Notes: a model not told the origin generated them from the letters alone. Positions 54,639 to 64,000 are shown, counted from the stretch's first letter. The stretch is 64,000 nucleotides of DNA from Bacteroidaceae bacterium (GCA_017429525.1 JAFROT010000030.1:113776-177775); one strand, 5' to 3'. Made by a program: numbers and translations.

Positions 54639-56129
54639 TTATTTCTTTCCTTTATTCTTGATTCCCGAGCCATCGCGTACCATAGAACGGACGCAGCGGA
54701 AACCGATGTAGGAACGGGGCTGATTCTGGTATTCGTAGGAGCGCCATGCCGAACGGATCATCGACTCAGGATCTTTCCATGAGCCACCGCGGACGCTCTT
54801 CTTCTTCAGTCGGTAGGGATCTTCCTTGGCCGCGTTGTAGCGCAACTCGGGATTCATGTCGCTCATGGCATCAACGCCCGCTTCGGTGAAGACGGTACTG
54901 GTCCACTCGGCCGCATTGCCAGCCATATCGTAGAGGCCGTTCGAGTTGGCCGAGAAGATGCCGCACTTCGACGTGATGAGCGAGCCGTCCTTGGTATAGT
55001 TGCCGCGGTCGGGCTTGAAGTTGGCATAGAAGCAGCCCTTGTCGCTCTTGACGTCGGAGGACTCCCAGGGGAAAGGATTGCCGTCCTTGCCACGGGCTGC
55101 ATACTCCCATTCTATCTCAGTGGGCAGGCGGAAAGGCTGGATGTCGGCAGCATTGGAGCCGAGGCCCTTGGCGAGGAACTCCGTGCGCCAGCGGCAGAAA
55201 GCTGTGGCCTGCTCCCACGTCACGCCCACGACAGGATAGTCGTCGTAGACTGGATTGGAGAAATAGAGTCGCATATAGCGCTCGTTCTCAGCATTCTGGA
55301 AGTCGTTGACCCAGCATGTTGTGTCGGGGTAGACATTGACGATATAGGTGTTCAGGAAGTCCCATGGGCCGGAGAGCGGACGGGTGATGGTCTGACGCAC
55401 AATCTTGCCGTCATCGTCAATATAAGCGGTATCCTTGGAGATCATCACCTCGGCAGTCGAGACGGCGTGATCGGTATTCAGGTCACGCTCCTCGGGATTG
55501 AGGCGGTACTTACGCAAAGCTGCTGAAGCGTAGTCATAGACTTCATAGCGATAGTTCATCTGGCTGGCATCCAACATCTTGGTGCCGTCGATAGGATGCG
55601 TCACGTAGACACTCTCGATGGCACGGGCCTCGTCCTCACTGGCCTTACGCCAAGGAATGGCCTTGCTCCAGTTCAGATGCGGTGTCACGGGGTTACCCTC
55701 CTTGTCCTCCTCGATCTTGTAGGTCTCGTCGCCGCCGAAAGCGGGGTCAGCCAGACGCTCACGGATGATGCTGTCGCGCACCCAGTGCACGAACTGGCGA
55801 TATTTTGCATTGGAGACCTCAGTCTGATCCATCCAGAAGCCGTCGACCGAGATGTCGCGCGAGGGGAAACCAGCGCCCCAGAGGGTGTCGCCTTCCTCAA
55901 AGCCCACGCGCAGCGAGCCTTTGGGGACAGCTACCATGCCGAAGGGCGTCGACTCGCCCAGCGCCGTACCACGGACGCCCGTGATCTCGCCACCGGCAGC
56001 CATTGCATTGGACTTGGCACCAGCGCAAGAAGAAAGCACGACAAGACAAAGCAAGAGGAGCAAAGAACAAGCCTCTGCTCCACCCTTGAAGAAGGGGGTA
56101 TAATGCTTTTGTGAACTATTAGTTGCCAT
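54639..56129 (-). CDS. porK: T9SS lipoprotein PorK/GldK (FGE-sulfatase/SUMF1 fold)
   Basis: Lipobox VVLSSCAG. GFWMDQTEVSNAKY, YDMAGNAAEWT, RGGSWKD motifs. Confidence 0.92.
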   Translation of the reverse strand: MATNSSQKHYTPFFKGGAEACSLLLLLCLVVLSSCAGAKSNAMAAGGEITGVRGTALGESTPFGMVAVPKGSLRVGFEEGDTLWGAGFPSRDISVDGFWMDQTEVSNAKYRQFVHWVRDSIIRERLADPAFGGDETYKIEEDKEGNPVTPHLNWSKAIPWRKASEDEARAIESVYVTHPIDGTKMLDASQMNYRYEVYDYASAALRKYRLNPEERDLNTDHAVSTAEVMISKDTAYIDDDGKIVRQTITRPLSGPWDFLNTYIVNVYPDTTCWVNDFQNAENERYMRLYFSNPVYDDYPVVGVTWEQATAFCRWRTEFLAKGLGSNAADIQPFRLPTEIEWEYAARGKDGNPFPWESSDVKSDKGCFYANFKPDRGNYTKDGSLITSKCGIFSANSNGLYDMAGNAAEWTSTVFTEAGVDAMSDMNPELRYNAAKEDPYRLKKKSVRGGSWKDPESMIRSAWRSYEYQNQPRSYIGFRCVRSMVRDGSGIKNKGKK

Positions 56130-56398
56130 AGTTTATGATTTTCGTTATCAGTTTACGTTTTCGTCCTATTGGGGTCGCTTGCGGCGAGAATTCGAACAAT
56201 TCCAGAAAAACAAGCAAAGCGCGTAGCGCACGTGTCTTTGTCAGATTCTGTCGTAGATTTGATGAGTTTCTGCGCGATGCTCACCCGTTATCGTTATTCG
56301 TTTACGTTCTTAGTGATTTCTTTTTTCGTATTCACTCCCCTCGCCCTTTGGAGTGGGACTGGGGGAGAGGCTCAGGAGCCTGTCATGAGGCTTATCCA

Positions 56399-57346
56399 TT
56401 ACAGGATTCTGACGCTTTGATGGCGGTTCTTGCCCTTCTTGAAGAGGTTCAGGTCAGTAGTATAGCCTATCGACAGTTCATGCGTCCCCTGAAGGGCACC
56501 TATGCCCGAGGTATAGATCTCGTAACAATAGCCCAGTTGAATGCCATGGAAGTCACCTCCAATCAGCACAGAGGCTGAGATTGTCGGGCTGTAGCCCGCT
56601 CCCACGTACATCTTCCCTTTCGGGCCATTATAGCAGAGACGCACCGTCGCATCGCCACGCCAGGCACTCAAGTCCGTGCGCACGATGGCAGAGGTCTGCA
56701 TAGATAATAACGGATTACGGAGCCGAATATTGTATCCACCCGTCAAATAAAATGTCTGAGGCACCTCAAATTCATTCACTTTGGCATCGCCAAGCGACAC
56801 CATCGGAGCCAGCGCATGCGCCACCGAGAAGCCGGCATACCACTGCCGCCCGTCGTAGCGCAAGCCGCCATCGAGGTCGAAAACCGTGCCATTCACCTCC
56901 GACGAGGGGAAGGCCGGGTCGCCCGTCTCGATGACATCTACGCCCGTGCCGTCGAACGATTCAGCAAGCAAACCTCCGCGGACGCCCACGCTAAGGCGAC
57001 CGCCCCACAGTTTCTGGTGGTAGGCATAATGAATGAAGAAGCGCTTGTGCTCGAACAGACCTATCTTGTCGTTCACGAAGCCCACGCCCGCACCATGAGC
57101 CGGACTGATCATCCATAGCGGCACATCGGCCGTGATGGTCATCGTGGCCGGGGCGTGCGTGTAGCCCATCATCTGCATCGCATAGGCAGCCTGCACATCC
57201 AACTGACCTTTCAACCCCGAAGCGGCTGGATTATACAGCGATTGCAGCGTCCAATAATGATTGAACGCAGCATCGTACTGGGCCCCTGCACCCACGCACA
57301 GGCTCACAGCCGCCAATAGGCAGAAGACTCTCAGGTGTCTGAACAC
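56399..57346 (-). CDS. porP: PorP/SprF family T9SS membrane protein
   Basis: Signal peptide, QSLYNPAASG motif, beta-barrel pattern. First gene of the porPKLMN operon. Confidence 0.85.
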   Translation of the reverse strand: MFRHLRVFCLLAAVSLCVGAGAQYDAAFNHYWTLQSLYNPAASGLKGQLDVQAAYAMQMMGYTHAPATMTITADVPLWMISPAHGAGVGFVNDKIGLFEHKRFFIHYAYHQKLWGGRLSVGVRGGLLAESFDGTGVDVIETGDPAFPSSEVNGTVFDLDGGLRYDGRQWYAGFSVAHALAPMVSLGDAKVNEFEVPQTFYLTGGYNIRLRNPLLSMQTSAIVRTDLSAWRGDATVRLCYNGPKGKMYVGAGYSPTISASVLIGGDFHGIQLGYCYEIYTSGIGALQGTHELSIGYTTDLNLFKKGKNRHQSVRIL

Positions 57347-57502
57347 ATCTATATAACGTACCGGCGCGCGCGATTATTGCGTAGGCGTCCACCTTTTTTC
57401 CCACTTTTTTGCAGTCACGTAAACAGGCTCGCACCGCTCGTCTCAACTCTTCCCCGGCTTGTCGGCATCCCGCCTGCAGCTGCCTCACCCCATCACGTCC
57501 GC

Positions 57503-57660
57503 TCGTGAGGGCCGATGCGAACGGTCGTGAGGGCCGATGCGAACGTTCGTGAAGGGCGATGCGAACGTTCGTGAAGGGCGATGCGAATGGTCGTGAAGGG
57601 CAACGCGAACGGTCGTGAAGGGCGATGCGAACGTTCGTGAAGGGCGATGCATATATACGC
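57503..57660. repeat. 22-bp tandem array, 6 full units plus 1 unit ending in gcatatatacgc
   Basis: tcgtgagggccgatgcgaacgg x2, then tcgtgaagggcgatgcgaacgt variants at 57547, 57569, 57591 and 57613. Last unit at 57635 is tcgtgaagggcgatgcatatatacgc. Confidence 0.9.
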
Positions 57661-57755
57661 ATTGGCCTGAATAGTGATAACTTCAGCGCTTAGGCATTAA
57701 GTTCAAAAGCCTTAACAAACAACTTTTCAACGCTTTACACCTATCTGAATCGCTT

Positions 57756-58550
57756 TCACTTTCTCAGGCTTCTCAGGTAGTCGGTGGGTGTCTGTCCGTA
57801 GGTTTGCTTGAAGTAGTGGGCGAAACGCTTTGCCGAGAGACCTACACTGTAGGCGACTTCAGAGACATTCGTACGCCCCTGCTCCAGCAAACTCTTGCCG
57901 CGCTTGAGCCGTAGGTGATGGATGAGGTCGAGCGGGGCACGACCCGTCAACGCGACCATACGTTTATAAAGATGTCCGCGCGTGAGTCCTACATCTCTGC
58001 TGAGTTCGGCCACCGAGTAGGAGCTATCGCAGAGGTGAGCCTCAATAGTCGCCATAACACGGCTGAGCAATTCATCGTCAATCGAACTGACGGCGACGGG
58101 CGTAGGCTCTACTTCAAGGGGCGCAGACCGGGAACTCACGTCCAAGGTCGCCTTTTGAACATCGTGAGAGGCCACCCTTTGACCGACATGGGTAGCTGTT
58201 CGCTGATCCGCATTTGCGCTTTCCTCTTGACCCGTGTCTCTTTGACTTGAATCGACGCCTACTCTTTGACCGACATCGGCGTCTGCCCCCTGACCCGCAT
58301 CGGCATCTGAAGTCAGGACGGAGAACGTCGGTTGAAGAGGCCCCGACGCTTCACGAAGGCTCGTGGACGACGATGTCACCGCCCCTTCTGCCGAGGTTGC
58401 CCGCTGGCGCCCATGTCGGCGCGAGGCGATCCACGCGACAGATACAATTCCAGCCGCAATAAAAAACAAGGCGGCAATGGCATCTGAATGAGTTGCCATC
58501 GCTGACGACAGGGGAATTACAGCCAAGATAGACATGAGCGCAGGTAACAA
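57756..58550 (-). CDS. membrane-anchored AraC-family HTH regulator
   Basis: Two N-terminal hydrophobic segments. Degenerate VGQRV-containing repeat linker. C-terminal SVAELSRDVGLTRGHLYKRM...VSEVAYSVGLSAKRFAHYFKQTYGQTPTDYL. Confidence 0.75.
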   Translation of the reverse strand: MLPALMSILAVIPLSSAMATHSDAIAALFFIAAGIVSVAWIASRRHGRQRATSAEGAVTSSSTSLREASGPLQPTFSVLTSDADAGQGADADVGQRVGVDSSQRDTGQEESANADQRTATHVGQRVASHDVQKATLDVSSRSAPLEVEPTPVAVSSIDDELLSRVMATIEAHLCDSSYSVAELSRDVGLTRGHLYKRMVALTGRAPLDLIHHLRLKRGKSLLEQGRTNVSEVAYSVGLSAKRFAHYFKQTYGQTPTDYLRSLRK

Positions 58551-58590
58551 ATATATATGAGTATGGTAAAAATGTTTCGTTTTCGCCCTG

Positions 58591-58598
58591 CAAATATA
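58591..58598 (-). promoter_or_regulatory. -7 box (TAtaTTTG) for the AraC-type gene
   Basis: Plus-strand caaatata, 41 nt upstream of the start. Confidence 0.45.
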
Positions 58599-58789
58599 GT
58601 GTTTATCCGAAACAAACGTTCACGTGAACGACTTTTTTGTGCAAATAAAAGTCTTTTTTAGGGCGAGAACCGTTAATTTTAGACAAAAGGAAGGTTCAAT
58701 TTGTATCTTTTTACGCCCAGAATGTATTAATGAAACAAGGAGCGAAGAAAAAAGGACGTTTAAAACAAATGCGAATTTGCATGCTCGAT

Positions 58790-58797
58790 TAAATTTG
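58790..58797 (+). promoter_or_regulatory. -7 box (TAaaTTTG) for susC/susD-like operon
   Basis: taaatttg, 50 nt upstream of the ATG at 58847. Confidence 0.5.
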
Positions 58798-58846
58798 CAA
58801 GCAAATCGAAACTTTTACCTACTTACTAACTTAAAAAAATGCTCAG

Positions 58847-61800
58847 ATGAAGAAAAGTAAATGTTATCTATTAGGCATCGTGGCGCTGTTGTGCCTCCTG
58901 CCTAATGTAGTGTTTGCCCAGGATCTGACGGTACAAGGAACGGTGAACGACGAGACGGGAGAACCGATGATCGGCGCCACCGTTAAAGTTCAGGGAAGTG
59001 GTCACGGGACTGTCACCGACATCGACGGCCATTTCCGCCTGACACCAGTCAAGCGCGGAGCAACACTTGAGTTTTCCTACATGGGCTACCTGACCCAGAC
59101 GCGTAAGGCTGACGGTCGCGCCATCGTCATCACGCTTCAGCCCGATACGAAGGCTCTCGAAGAAGTGGTAGTCATCGCCTATGGTCAACAGAAGAAGCTC
59201 ACCATCACGGGTGCTGTCTCGGCCGTCGGTGGTGAGGAACTGCTGAAGGCTCCTGTGCCTAACGTCGAGAACGCCCTTCAGGGCCGCCTGCCCGGTATCT
59301 CGGTCGTTCAAGGCTCAGGTATGCCAGGCGAAGAATCGAACACGATTCGTGTGCGCGGTATCGGCTCTCTCAACAGCGCGGACCCCCTCGTGCTGGTGGA
59401 CGGTGTTGAACGTCCGTCGCAGTCGTTCGGTCAGATCGACCCCAATGAAATTGAGGACATCACCATCCTGAAGGATGCCTCGGCGACGGCTGTGTTCGGC
59501 GTGCGAGGCGCTAACGGCGTCATTCTCATCACCACCAAGCGCGGTGCCCCCGGCAAGGCTGAGGTGACCGTCTCGGCCAGCACAGCCGTACAGACGATCT
59601 CCAAGTTCGTGGACTTCGCAGACTCCTACACTTATGGAAAGATGTGGAACTACACGGCCATCACCGACGCTCTGCCCATGGATCAATGGCCTGGAACGAC
59701 TGTTATTCCCGACTATTCGAAATACAGCGACACCGGCATCCGCTTCAGCCAAGACGTGATGGAGCACTTCCGCACGGGTGACATGCCCGTCACGTTCCCC
59801 AACACGGACTGGATTAACTACATGATGAAGGACGCCGCGTGGCAGGAGCAGGCCAACGTGAACGTGCGAGGCGGCACAGACCGTGTTCGCTACTTCGTTT
59901 CAGCGGGCTTCATGAATCAGAACTCTCTCTTCAAGACGTTCTCGCAGAATGACGATGAGACGTTCAAATACAGACGCTTCAACTATCGCGCCAACTTGGA
60001 CATCGACGTGTCGAAATACAGCCAGTTGTCGCTGACGCTGGGCGGCCGCGTACAGAATCGCACCACAATGGGCGGTGGCGAGGGCTTCATCTTCCGCTAC
60101 CTGCAAGGCGCTACGCCTTACGCCGGTATCGGCGTTGACGATCAGGGCCGCCACATTGTAGCCGATGAGAATATCGTAGGCCCCTACGACCGCGATGCCC
60201 TCTCGAACTATTACGACCTGGGATTCGTCAATCAGAGCAACAACGTGCTGAGCCTGGACCTCCAGTACAAACTCGACATGAGTTTCCTCACCCCTGGTCT
60301 GGACTTCAAGGTAAAGGGATCCTACAATACCGATTATACCGCGCGTAAGAACCGCCAGAATGGCTTCGGCACGGGCGTGACCTACGTGGCCACCCTCGTC
60401 GACGGCGAAGAAGTGCTTCGCAAAGAGGGCGTGACCTGGCCTATTCCTTACAGCGAGAGCAAGTGGGGCAACCGCAACTGGTATGCAGAAGCCAGCTTCA
60501 ACTACGCCCGCAAGTTTGACAAGCACAACGTGGGCGCCCTGCTGCTGTACAACCAGAGCAAGACCTATTATCCCTGGGACTCCGACAACAGCCTGTACCA
60601 GTCGATTCCTAAGGGATATGTCGGCCTTGTGGGTCGCGTCACCTACGACTACGACACGCGCTACCTGCTCGACTTCAACATCGGTTACAACGGCTCCGAG
60701 AACTTCGCCGAGGGCAAGCGTTACGGCACCTTCCCCTCCTTCTCCGCAGGTTGGATCATCTCGAACGAAAAGTTCTGGCAGCCCCTGGAGAACGTTATCG
60801 GTTACCTGAAACTCCGTGGATCGTGGGGTAAGGTCGGTAACGACAACACCAACGGTGCCCGCTTCCTCTATCTGCCCGGCGCATGGCAGTTCTATCAGGG
60901 CTCTATGACGGGCAACCCGCAGAACCGCGGCGCCAACTTCGGCACGAGCGGCAACTGGCTGCAAGCGGTGAAGGAGCTGACGGCTGGTAACCCGAACGTC
61001 ACTTGGGAAACCGCTTCAAAGGTCAACCTGGGTGTTGATGCCGCCCTCTTCAGCGACCGCCTGATGATCAACTTCGATATCTTCTGGGAAGATCGCAAGG
61101 ACATCCTCGTCTCCAACGCCTCGCTGCTTCCTGCCGTGACCAGCCTTCCTGGCAGCTACGTCAACGAGGGCCGCGTGAAGAACCACGGTTACGAGCTGAC
61201 CCTGAAATGGTCCGACAAAGTCGGTAAATTCCGCTACAGCATCAGCCCAAGCTTAGCCTATGCCCGCAACAAGATTATCGAGATGCTCGAGGTTCCGCCT
61301 TTGTATGACTACCTCAGCCGCACAGGCCTGCCCGTAGGTCAGCGCTTCGGCTACGATCTCTTCGAGTTCTATCAGCCCGGCACCGAGGACCGCTATAAGG
61401 CTAAGTTCGGCGTCGACATGCCCAACCAGCAGTACGATATTAAATATGGTGACGCTGTCTATGTCGACTTGAATGGCGACGGCCTCATCGATCAGAACGA
61501 CCAGAAGCCTATCGGCTACACCGACGTCCCGGAACTCACGTGGAGCGTAAATGGCAATCTGAGCTGGAAGGGCTTCGACCTCTCTATGCTCTGGGTAGGT
61601 GCAGAACGCACGAGCCGTATGCTCAATGGCTACTTCCGCGACCAGTTCGGCTCTACGAACACCTCGGCCCTCGTCCAGTGGGTTGCCGACAACTCCTGGA
61701 CTGAGGACAATCCCGACGCTATCCTGCCGCGTATCTCATTTACCAACCGTGTCCACAACAACCACGACTCACAGGCATGGCTCGTCAACTCAAGATACGT

Positions 61801-62014
61801 GCGTCTGAAGAACGTTGAACTCGGCTACACGTTCAATAAGATTCGTTTCCTGCCGCTGCTCAACTACATCCGACTCTACGCTTCAGGCCAGAACCTGCTG
61901 ACCTTCTCAGACTTCAAAGGCAACGACCCCGAGGCTCCCGGCTCAGGACTTGACTATGGTTTGCGCTATCCTATGACGCGCGTATATAATTTTGGTGTAC
62001 AAGTGAACTTCTAA
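58847..62014 (+). CDS. SusC/RagA family TonB-dependent outer-membrane transporter
   Basis: Signal peptide. Carboxypeptidase-regulatory-like domain (LTVQGTVNDETGEPMIGATVKV). Plug (VVVIAYGQQKK...IRVRGIGS). 1055 aa ending ...YNFGVQVNF. Confidence 0.93.
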   Translation: MKKSKCYLLGIVALLCLLPNVVFAQDLTVQGTVNDETGEPMIGATVKVQGSGHGTVTDIDGHFRLTPVKRGATLEFSYMGYLTQTRKADGRAIVITLQPDTKALEEVVVIAYGQQKKLTITGAVSAVGGEELLKAPVPNVENALQGRLPGISVVQGSGMPGEESNTIRVRGIGSLNSADPLVLVDGVERPSQSFGQIDPNEIEDITILKDASATAVFGVRGANGVILITTKRGAPGKAEVTVSASTAVQTISKFVDFADSYTYGKMWNYTAITDALPMDQWPGTTVIPDYSKYSDTGIRFSQDVMEHFRTGDMPVTFPNTDWINYMMKDAAWQEQANVNVRGGTDRVRYFVSAGFMNQNSLFKTFSQNDDETFKYRRFNYRANLDIDVSKYSQLSLTLGGRVQNRTTMGGGEGFIFRYLQGATPYAGIGVDDQGRHIVADENIVGPYDRDALSNYYDLGFVNQSNNVLSLDLQYKLDMSFLTPGLDFKVKGSYNTDYTARKNRQNGFGTGVTYVATLVDGEEVLRKEGVTWPIPYSESKWGNRNWYAEASFNYARKFDKHNVGALLLYNQSKTYYPWDSDNSLYQSIPKGYVGLVGRVTYDYDTRYLLDFNIGYNGSENFAEGKRYGTFPSFSAGWIISNEKFWQPLENVIGYLKLRGSWGKVGNDNTNGARFLYLPGAWQFYQGSMTGNPQNRGANFGTSGNWLQAVKELTAGNPNVTWETASKVNLGVDAALFSDRLMINFDIFWEDRKDILVSNASLLPAVTSLPGSYVNEGRVKNHGYELTLKWSDKVGKFRYSISPSLAYARNKIIEMLEVPPLYDYLSRTGLPVGQRFGYDLFEFYQPGTEDRYKAKFGVDMPNQQYDIKYGDAVYVDLNGDGLIDQNDQKPIGYTDVPELTWSVNGNLSWKGFDLSMLWVGAERTSRMLNGYFRDQFGSTNTSALVQWVADNSWTEDNPDAILPRISFTNRVHNNHDSQAWLVNSRYVRLKNVELGYTFNKIRFLPLLNYIRLYASGQNLLTFSDFKGNDPEAPGSGLDYGLRYPMTRVYNFGVQVNF

Positions 62015-62101
62015 AGACCCACCCCCGTCCCCTCCCGTCATGGAGGGGGGCCTTCAGGCTGAAGGGGAGTTTCAAGATTCAAGATTCAATAATTGAAGAT
62101 T

Positions 62102-64000
62102 ATGAAAAAGATACATTATTATATAATAGCTTTGGGTATGTCGGCTGGCCTCTTCTCATCGTGTGTCGACGATTTCAACGTAGGCAACGCCTTCCTCGAG
62201 AAAGCCCCCGGCGTCGACGTGAACATCGACACCGTGTTCTCCAAAGCCGAATATGCCCGCAATTTCCTGTGGAGCGCCTACGGACAGCTCTATTGCACCT
62301 ATACAGCAGGAAATATGATGAATGGCGCGCCCATCGACGTGCTGTCCGACTCCTATCACTGCTACGTCAGCTGGGGCGGTCCCAAGCAGAGCTACTATCC
62401 TGGTGGTCTGACTGAGGATGCCCAAGATACGGATAATGGCAACTATCAAGGCAAGTTCTCTTATTCTACGAAGCCCGGTGGTCTGGACAGCGATGCCGGC
62501 GGCCGCGTCTCGATTTATGAGACCGTGCGCAAGTGCTGGCAGCTGATTGAGAATATCGAGCGTGTTCCCGATATGAGTGAGGATGAGAAGAGCCGTCTGC
62601 GCGGCGAGGCCTATACGATTATGGCCAGCCGCTACTACGACGCCTTCCGCAACTTCGGCGGCCTTTGCCTCGTCAAGAAAGCGTTCGCCGTTGGCGAAGG
62701 TTTCACCGAAGGGCGTGCCACCGCTTGGCAGACCGTTGAGTTCATTGATTCGCTCATCCAGTGCGCCATCAACGAGCCTGGATACATCTGGAATATCCCC
62801 AATGCCGACATCGGCCAGTGGTCAGGCCGTCTGACCCGCGCCTCGGCTCGCGCACTGCGTGCCAAGGTCTGGATGTTTGCCGCCTCGCCGCTGTTCAACA
62901 GCAATGAGCCCTACATGAGATACGACAAGACACCTACGGGTCTGGAAAGCGAAGAACACGTATGGTTCGGCAAGGAAGATCCGACGTTGTGGCAGCGTTG
63001 CTTGCAGTACTGCAACGACTTCTTCACCGACAACGCGGCCAATGGCGACTACTATCAGCTCATCCAGCCTGAGACTCAAGACGAAGGCGGTTATCGCATG
63101 GCCTACCGTCGTGCCTATCGCTATCGCAACAACGAGTCGCGCCACGAGAAAATCTTCGACGCTCATCCGACCCAGTACCTCAGCGATGCCGTCGTCAATG
63201 GCGAGCGCCAGAACTCCTGGGGATGGGGATGGGCCGGATTTGCCCTCGACTGCTACCGTCAGGGTGGTGCCGTCCCGACCAACGAGCTGATGGAGTGCTT
63301 CGGCATGCAGGATGGCCGTGTCTTCCCCTACGCTGACCTCTACGGCGCAGGCAAGAACCCGAATGGCATTGACATGTTCGCCGACCGCGACCCGCGCCTG
63401 TATGAGACGATGGTGGTACCTCGTCCATCGTTCCCGACGGCAGTCGTCGGCGACTACAACGGCTATACCTATATTGATACTTGGTACAACGGCGCTATGC
63501 GCACGGCTCCCGATCAGTTCGGCGCTCAGGGCAACGACGACGTCGCTTCAGGCTACCGTAAGTTCAAGTGGATGCTCGACTACTCCAACGACAAGATGAA
63601 CGACGAATACATCGGCGTCTCCTACATCCGTCTGGCCGAGATGTACCTCATCCGTGCAGAGGCCAAGGCTGAGACCGGCGACCTTCGCGGTGCACTCGAC
63701 GACCTCCATGTGGTCCGCAGCCGCGTAGGCCTGGGACGACTGGAGACGATGAACCCGTCGCTGAACCTGACGTCCAACAAGGACAACCTGATCAACGAGA
63801 TTCTTCGCGAGCGCAACTGCGAGATCGGAGCTGAATGTGGCGACCGTGTCTACGATATGATCCGCCGCAAGCGTCAGGACCTCTTCACCAAGCCGCTGCA
63901 TGAGATCGTGATCTACCGCTTGGACGAAAACGGCAACCGCATGACCGAAGGCGACACGAACTGGGATCCCAGCACACCGTGGCCTAAGTTTGAATACGAG
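62102..64000 (+). CDS. SusD/RagB family lipoprotein, 3' end outside the window
   Basis: ATG at 62102, lipobox GLFSSC. The frame is open to the window end (not in the ORF track because no stop is reached). AEMYLIRAEAKAETGDLRGALDDLHVVRSRVGL is a typical SusD helix. Confidence 0.88.
   Translation, partial: MKKIHYYIIALGMSAGLFSSCVDDFNVGNAFLEKAPGVDVNIDTVFSKAEYARNFLWSAYGQLYCTYTAGNMMNGAPIDVLSDSYHCYVSWGGPKQSYYPGGLTEDAQDTDNGNYQGKFSYSTKPGGLDSDAGGRVSIYETVRKCWQLIENIERVPDMSEDEKSRLRGEAYTIMASRYYDAFRNFGGLCLVKKAFAVGEGFTEGRATAWQTVEFIDSLIQCAINEPGYIWNIPNADIGQWSGRLTRASARALRAKVWMFAASPLFNSNEPYMRYDKTPTGLESEEHVWFGKEDPTLWQRCLQYCNDFFTDNAANGDYYQLIQPETQDEGGYRMAYRRAYRYRNNESRHEKIFDAHPTQYLSDAVVNGERQNSWGWGWAGFALDCYRQGGAVPTNELMECFGMQDGRVFPYADLYGAGKNPNGIDMFADRDPRLYETMVVPRPSFPTAVVGDYNGYTYIDTWYNGAMRTAPDQFGAQGNDDVASGYRKFKWMLDYSNDKMNDEYIGVSYIRLAEMYLIRAEAKAETGDLRGALDDLHVVRSRVGLGRLETMNPSLNLTSNKDNLINEILRERNCEIGAECGDRVYDMIRRKRQDLFTKPLHEIVIYRLDENGNRMTEGDTNWDPSTPWPKFEYE

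Noticed and set aside
57503-57660. Possible CRISPR array
   Set aside because: The units are contiguous 22-mers with no unique spacers, and no cas genes are present in the window. This is a plain tandem repeat.
57231-57662. 143-aa minus-strand ORF with repeated SPFTNVRIALH segments
   Set aside because: The periodic peptide is just the translation of the 22-bp tandem DNA array. It overlaps the porP 5' end and has no start context.
59900-60964. 354-aa minus-strand ORF
   Set aside because: Antisense to the SusC-like transporter gene.
1-64000. tRNA, rRNA, tmRNA, RNase P RNA, transposase, phage or defence-system genes
   Set aside because: I scanned by eye for T-loop/acceptor patterns, conserved RNA boxes and characteristic protein motifs (DDE, phage structural, nuclease-helicase defence pairs) and found none. 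A computational scan (tRNAscan-SE, Infernal, DefenseFinder) is needed to confirm their absence.

Overview
This window looks like a chromosomal segment of a fairly GC-rich Bacteroidota genome, probably Prevotellaceae. That assignment is an inference from the porP-porK-porL-porM-porN type IX secretion (T9SS) operon, a SusC/SusD pair, T9SS C-terminal sorting domains and many TAnnTTTG -7 promoter boxes. No database search was possible.

Most of the window is housekeeping or core envelope genes:
- MsbA-like ABC exporter, rnhA, argS, HU, and a rhomboid protease with an EEP-family protein
- secDF, xerD, an SDR, a SpoIIE/PP2C phosphatase, dacB
- nadB, priA, porPKLMN, and an AraC-type regulator next to SusC/SusD

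The accessory part is about 29.5-45.3 kb. By eye it is a mosaic of AT-rich blocks. It holds an active C39-peptidase ABC exporter (PCAT) translationally coupled to HlyD and TolC genes, a coil-less mini-HlyD, and gene scars (an orphan T9SS sorting-domain remnant and a frameshifted fragment). About 6 kb from the exporter sits an AT-rich operon encoding a DUF3244-like protein, a GT14 glycosyltransferase fused to a SAM methyltransferase, and a 216-aa acidic protein with a double-glycine (GG) type leader. A transmembrane TPR-HTH regulator is transcribed divergently from that operon. I consider this exporter, large GG cargo and GT14-MT maturase set the best candidate for an undescribed system.

Other points worth a second look:
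- a promoter-to-terminator unit of about 315 nt with no ORF, a candidate sRNA
- a 1442-aa BspA-type leucine-rich repeat (LRR) protein with five modules and a C-terminal dockerin pair
- several families of intergenic tandem repeats (22-bp and 48-bp periods) and palindromic repeats, one directly upstream of the por operon
- a TlpA-like protein whose CxxC motif is replaced by DRSS

No tRNA, rRNA, CRISPR array, transposase or phage genes were seen. The many long ORFs antisense to real genes are treated as GC-driven shadow ORFs.
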